This document shows positions 44,789-46,702 of a stretch of 46,702 nucleotides of DNA, in pieces; within the stretch, counting starts at the first letter, position 1; each line of letters begins with the position of its first letter. A model generated the notes under the pieces. It worked only from the letters and a program-made list of their open reading frames with translations, was not told where the DNA came from and did no database searches. The stretch is from a virus (lineage: Duplodnaviria; Heunggongvirae; Uroviricota; Caudoviricetes; Straboviridae), in IMG/VR virus record IMGVR_UViG_2974557979_000001; one strand, written 5' to 3'. Both the position numbers and the translations under genes were made by a program.

Positions 44789-45154
44789 ATGAAATCTGAA
44801 TTCAACTTAACCCTTGATAAATGTGGTCGCATCGATCGAAGTTTTGTTAAGTGTGGTGAACTTAGGCATTGTGTTTATTTTATTGCAATTAACGATGAAA
44901 TAGTATATGTTGGTAAGTGTAGGGATATGTGGAAGCGTTTAGACACATATCGCAATGCAAAGTATTGGAGAGAAGCCAACCCCAGCAACATCTTAAAAAC
45001 ATGTCGATTGGAAATGGCTATCAAAAAACGAAAAACTGTGAAACTTATCGTGACTACTCACGATGAAAATACATATCATGATTATGAAATCAACATGATA
45101 CGAAAATACAACCCTGAATGGAATAAACAGCACTATGACAAAGGCACAAACTAA
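44789..45154 (+). CDS. denA: GIY-YIG endonuclease II
   Basis: VYFIAINDEIVYVGK...KRL..YR...E..MIRKYNPEWNKQH matches recalled T4 EndoII; directly upstream of rnlA. Confidence 0.85.
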   Translation: MKSEFNLTLDKCGRIDRSFVKCGELRHCVYFIAINDEIVYVGKCRDMWKRLDTYRNAKYWREANPSNILKTCRLEMAIKKRKTVKLIVTTHDENTYHDYEINMIRKYNPEWNKQHYDKGTN

Positions 45155-46292
45155 AATTATCAATACCCTTTACAAACAACTCATGCAGTTGTGTGGTGAA
45201 TCCGAAACATTTTTCTTCGTTGATCAAGTAACCGTGATGGGTACACCTGTTCGAATCTTTAACTATCGCATGGCCTCATATACAGACTGGCTAAAGCCTG
45301 GTGCTCTGGAATGTCGCGGTATCATGTTTGAAATGGATGGAGATACCCCCGTATCAATCATCAGCCGCCCTATGGAGAAGTTTTTTAACTATGCCGAGGT
45401 AAAGGCATGGGAAGCGCTTAACGAGTCTCCTATTGAATTAGGCGAAGTTTTAGACGTGATGATTAAAGAAGATGGTTCCTTGATCTCAACTTTCCTTGAC
45501 GGTGGATTTCTGGCGGTCAAGTCTAAAGGTTCGGTTAAATCAGAACAAGCTATGGATGCGCACAGCGTGTTAATGGCAAATCGTGAATTGCTGACCCGCT
45601 TAACTGAGATCGCTAAAGAAAACTATACGGTGAACATGGAATACGTTTCCCCGAAAAACCGTATTGTCGTTGGTTATGATTCTCCTGATCTGCGTATCCT
45701 GAACGTTCGTCACAACATCACGGGTGAATACATCCCTTATGATGAACTCTTTGCTGACGCGCTGTTACGTGCGTATCTGGTTAAGCGTGAGAATATCGAA
45801 GTACTGGATCTGGATGCATTCGCAAAAGAAGCATATCAGAATGAAGGATTCGAAGGCTATGTTGTTCTGACAACGAAAGGGTTTGTAAAAATCAAAACAA
45901 ACTGGTATGTCAACCTGCATCGCACAAAAGATAGCATCACCAACAATAAGGATCTTTTCCTAAATATTGTTGAGAATACGGTCGATGACCTGAAACAGCT
46001 ATTCAGTTCGGATCTGGTCTCTCTGAAAAAGATTGACGATTTCGAAAAACTTTTCCTTGATAGTCTCAATCGTTTGAGTGCAAAAGCATTCAAAGCTATT
46101 GAAGATAACAAAGGGAAATCGCGTAAAGATTTTGCTATCAGTCTAAGCGCGGATTTGTCAAACGACGGTCGGATCATCTTCGGGCCTCTTATGAAGTATT
46201 TCGAAGAAACCGATCCGCAAAAACTGGTCGACCGCATCATTGAAATGATGGTTAAAAATTACGACCAGTTCATTCCTGAACAATATAAATGA
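45135..46292 (+). CDS. rnlA: RNA ligase 1
   Basis: FNYRMASY, ALECRGIMFE, RPMEKFFN, KEDGSL (adenylated Lys), EGFEGYV, KIKTNWY. Confidence 0.95.
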   Translation: MTKAQTKIINTLYKQLMQLCGESETFFFVDQVTVMGTPVRIFNYRMASYTDWLKPGALECRGIMFEMDGDTPVSIISRPMEKFFNYAEVKAWEALNESPIELGEVLDVMIKEDGSLISTFLDGGFLAVKSKGSVKSEQAMDAHSVLMANRELLTRLTEIAKENYTVNMEYVSPKNRIVVGYDSPDLRILNVRHNITGEYIPYDELFADALLRAYLVKRENIEVLDLDAFAKEAYQNEGFEGYVVLTTKGFVKIKTNWYVNLHRTKDSITNNKDLFLNIVENTVDDLKQLFSSDLVSLKKIDDFEKLFLDSLNRLSAKAFKAIEDNKGKSRKDFAISLSADLSNDGRIIFGPLMKYFEETDPQKLVDRIIEMMVKNYDQFIPEQYK

Positions 46293-46300
46293 GGTTCATA

Positions 46301-46612
46301 ATGCCTAAGATATCATCTTGGGTATGGCCTGTAATCGTGGGGCTATCTTTGATAGCCCTTTTTTACATTGCAGTCGATACCAAAATTGAAAATGCATCAT
46401 TACGCAAGGATATAAAATCTTTGCAAGACGATGTGAAGAAAGTAAAAGAGACAAATACAAGCAATACTGTGATCTATGTCGAACAAAAAGGTAAGGATCA
46501 GCAGTTGGTCAAGGATGCCGGACGTAAAGATCTGCTGTTTAAAAAACCAGGACTGATCGAAATCAAGATCAACAAGTCCTTCGAAGAGTATATGGCGGAA
46601 TACGACAAATGA
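46301..46612 (+). CDS. inner-membrane spanin (Rz-like, pseT.3 position)
   Basis: N-terminal TM helix, coiled coil, KPGLIEIKINKSF C-terminus; start probably ATG 46301 behind GAGG. Confidence 0.85.
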   Translation: MPKISSWVWPVIVGLSLIALFYIAVDTKIENASLRKDIKSLQDDVKKVKETNTSNTVIYVEQKGKDQQLVKDAGRKDLLFKKPGLIEIKINKSFEEYMAEYDK

Positions 46613-46702
46613 AAATTGCAACGTTAGCCCTTGTTCTGGGCGTTCTGTTGGTCGGGTGTGCTGAGAAGCCCCCAGAAAAGATTTTTCCTACGCTCCCCGC
46701 TA
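46609..46702 (+). CDS. outer-membrane spanin lipoprotein (Rz1-like, pseT.2 position), truncated by the window end
   Basis: Hand translation MKIATLALVLGVLLVGCAEKPPEKIFPTLPA: signal peptide with LVGC lipobox, then Pro-rich; ATGA overlap with the i-spanin. Confidence 0.85.
   Translation, partial: MKIATLALVLGVLLVGCAEKPPEKIFPTLPA

Noticed and set aside
46284-46291. TATAAATG as a late promoter for the spanins (also CATAAATA at 36932-36939)
   Set aside because: These are single-mismatch matches to TATAAATA in AT-rich sequence, and the first is too close to the start codon to leave a normal leader; they cannot be supported without start-site data.
1-46702. tRNA, rRNA, CRISPR arrays, integrase or IS elements
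   Set aside because: No cloverleaf-length intergenic gaps with tRNA motifs, no regularly spaced repeat-spacer units, and no recombinase or transposase motifs were seen.

Overview
46.7 kb of a lytic T4-like myovirus genome (Straboviridae), covering the DNA replication, recombination and nucleotide-metabolism genes. The minus-strand arm (31.8 kb to 1) carries rnh, dsbA, 33, 59, 32, rpbA, 45, 44, 62, regA, 43, uvsX, 40, 41, accessory genes, 61, 56, dda, dexA, an accessory (hyperplastic) region, fused 39+60, 52, rIIA and rIIB. The plus-strand arm carries 55, 47, 46, an HNH-AP2 homing endonuclease, a J-domain protein, frd, td, nrdA, nrdB, denA, rnlA and the spanins. A pseudo-T-even, RB43/RB16/KP15-like phage is suggested (inferred, not searched) by four things: adjacent 39-52-rII, an inverted replication block, no gene 42 or glucosyltransferase at their T4 positions, and an Rki-like J-domain gene. 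Gene calls are from recalled motifs and synteny, with no database search. The main leads are: (1) sliding-clamp (gp45) binding-like SLDFL motifs on the topoisomerase large subunit N-terminus and on a DUF4326-like protein; (2) an oriC-like element at the strand switch, about 81% AT, with 9 GATC sites and several palindromes; (3) an Rki-like J-domain protein extended by an internally duplicated domain and bracketed by matching promoter-hairpin cassettes; (4) promoter/terminator fusion cassettes and a set of 16-bp-spacer promoters; (5) several host-stress modulators (YbiI/TraR-like, MazG-like, gp39.2-like). No tRNA, rRNA, CRISPR array or intron was seen.
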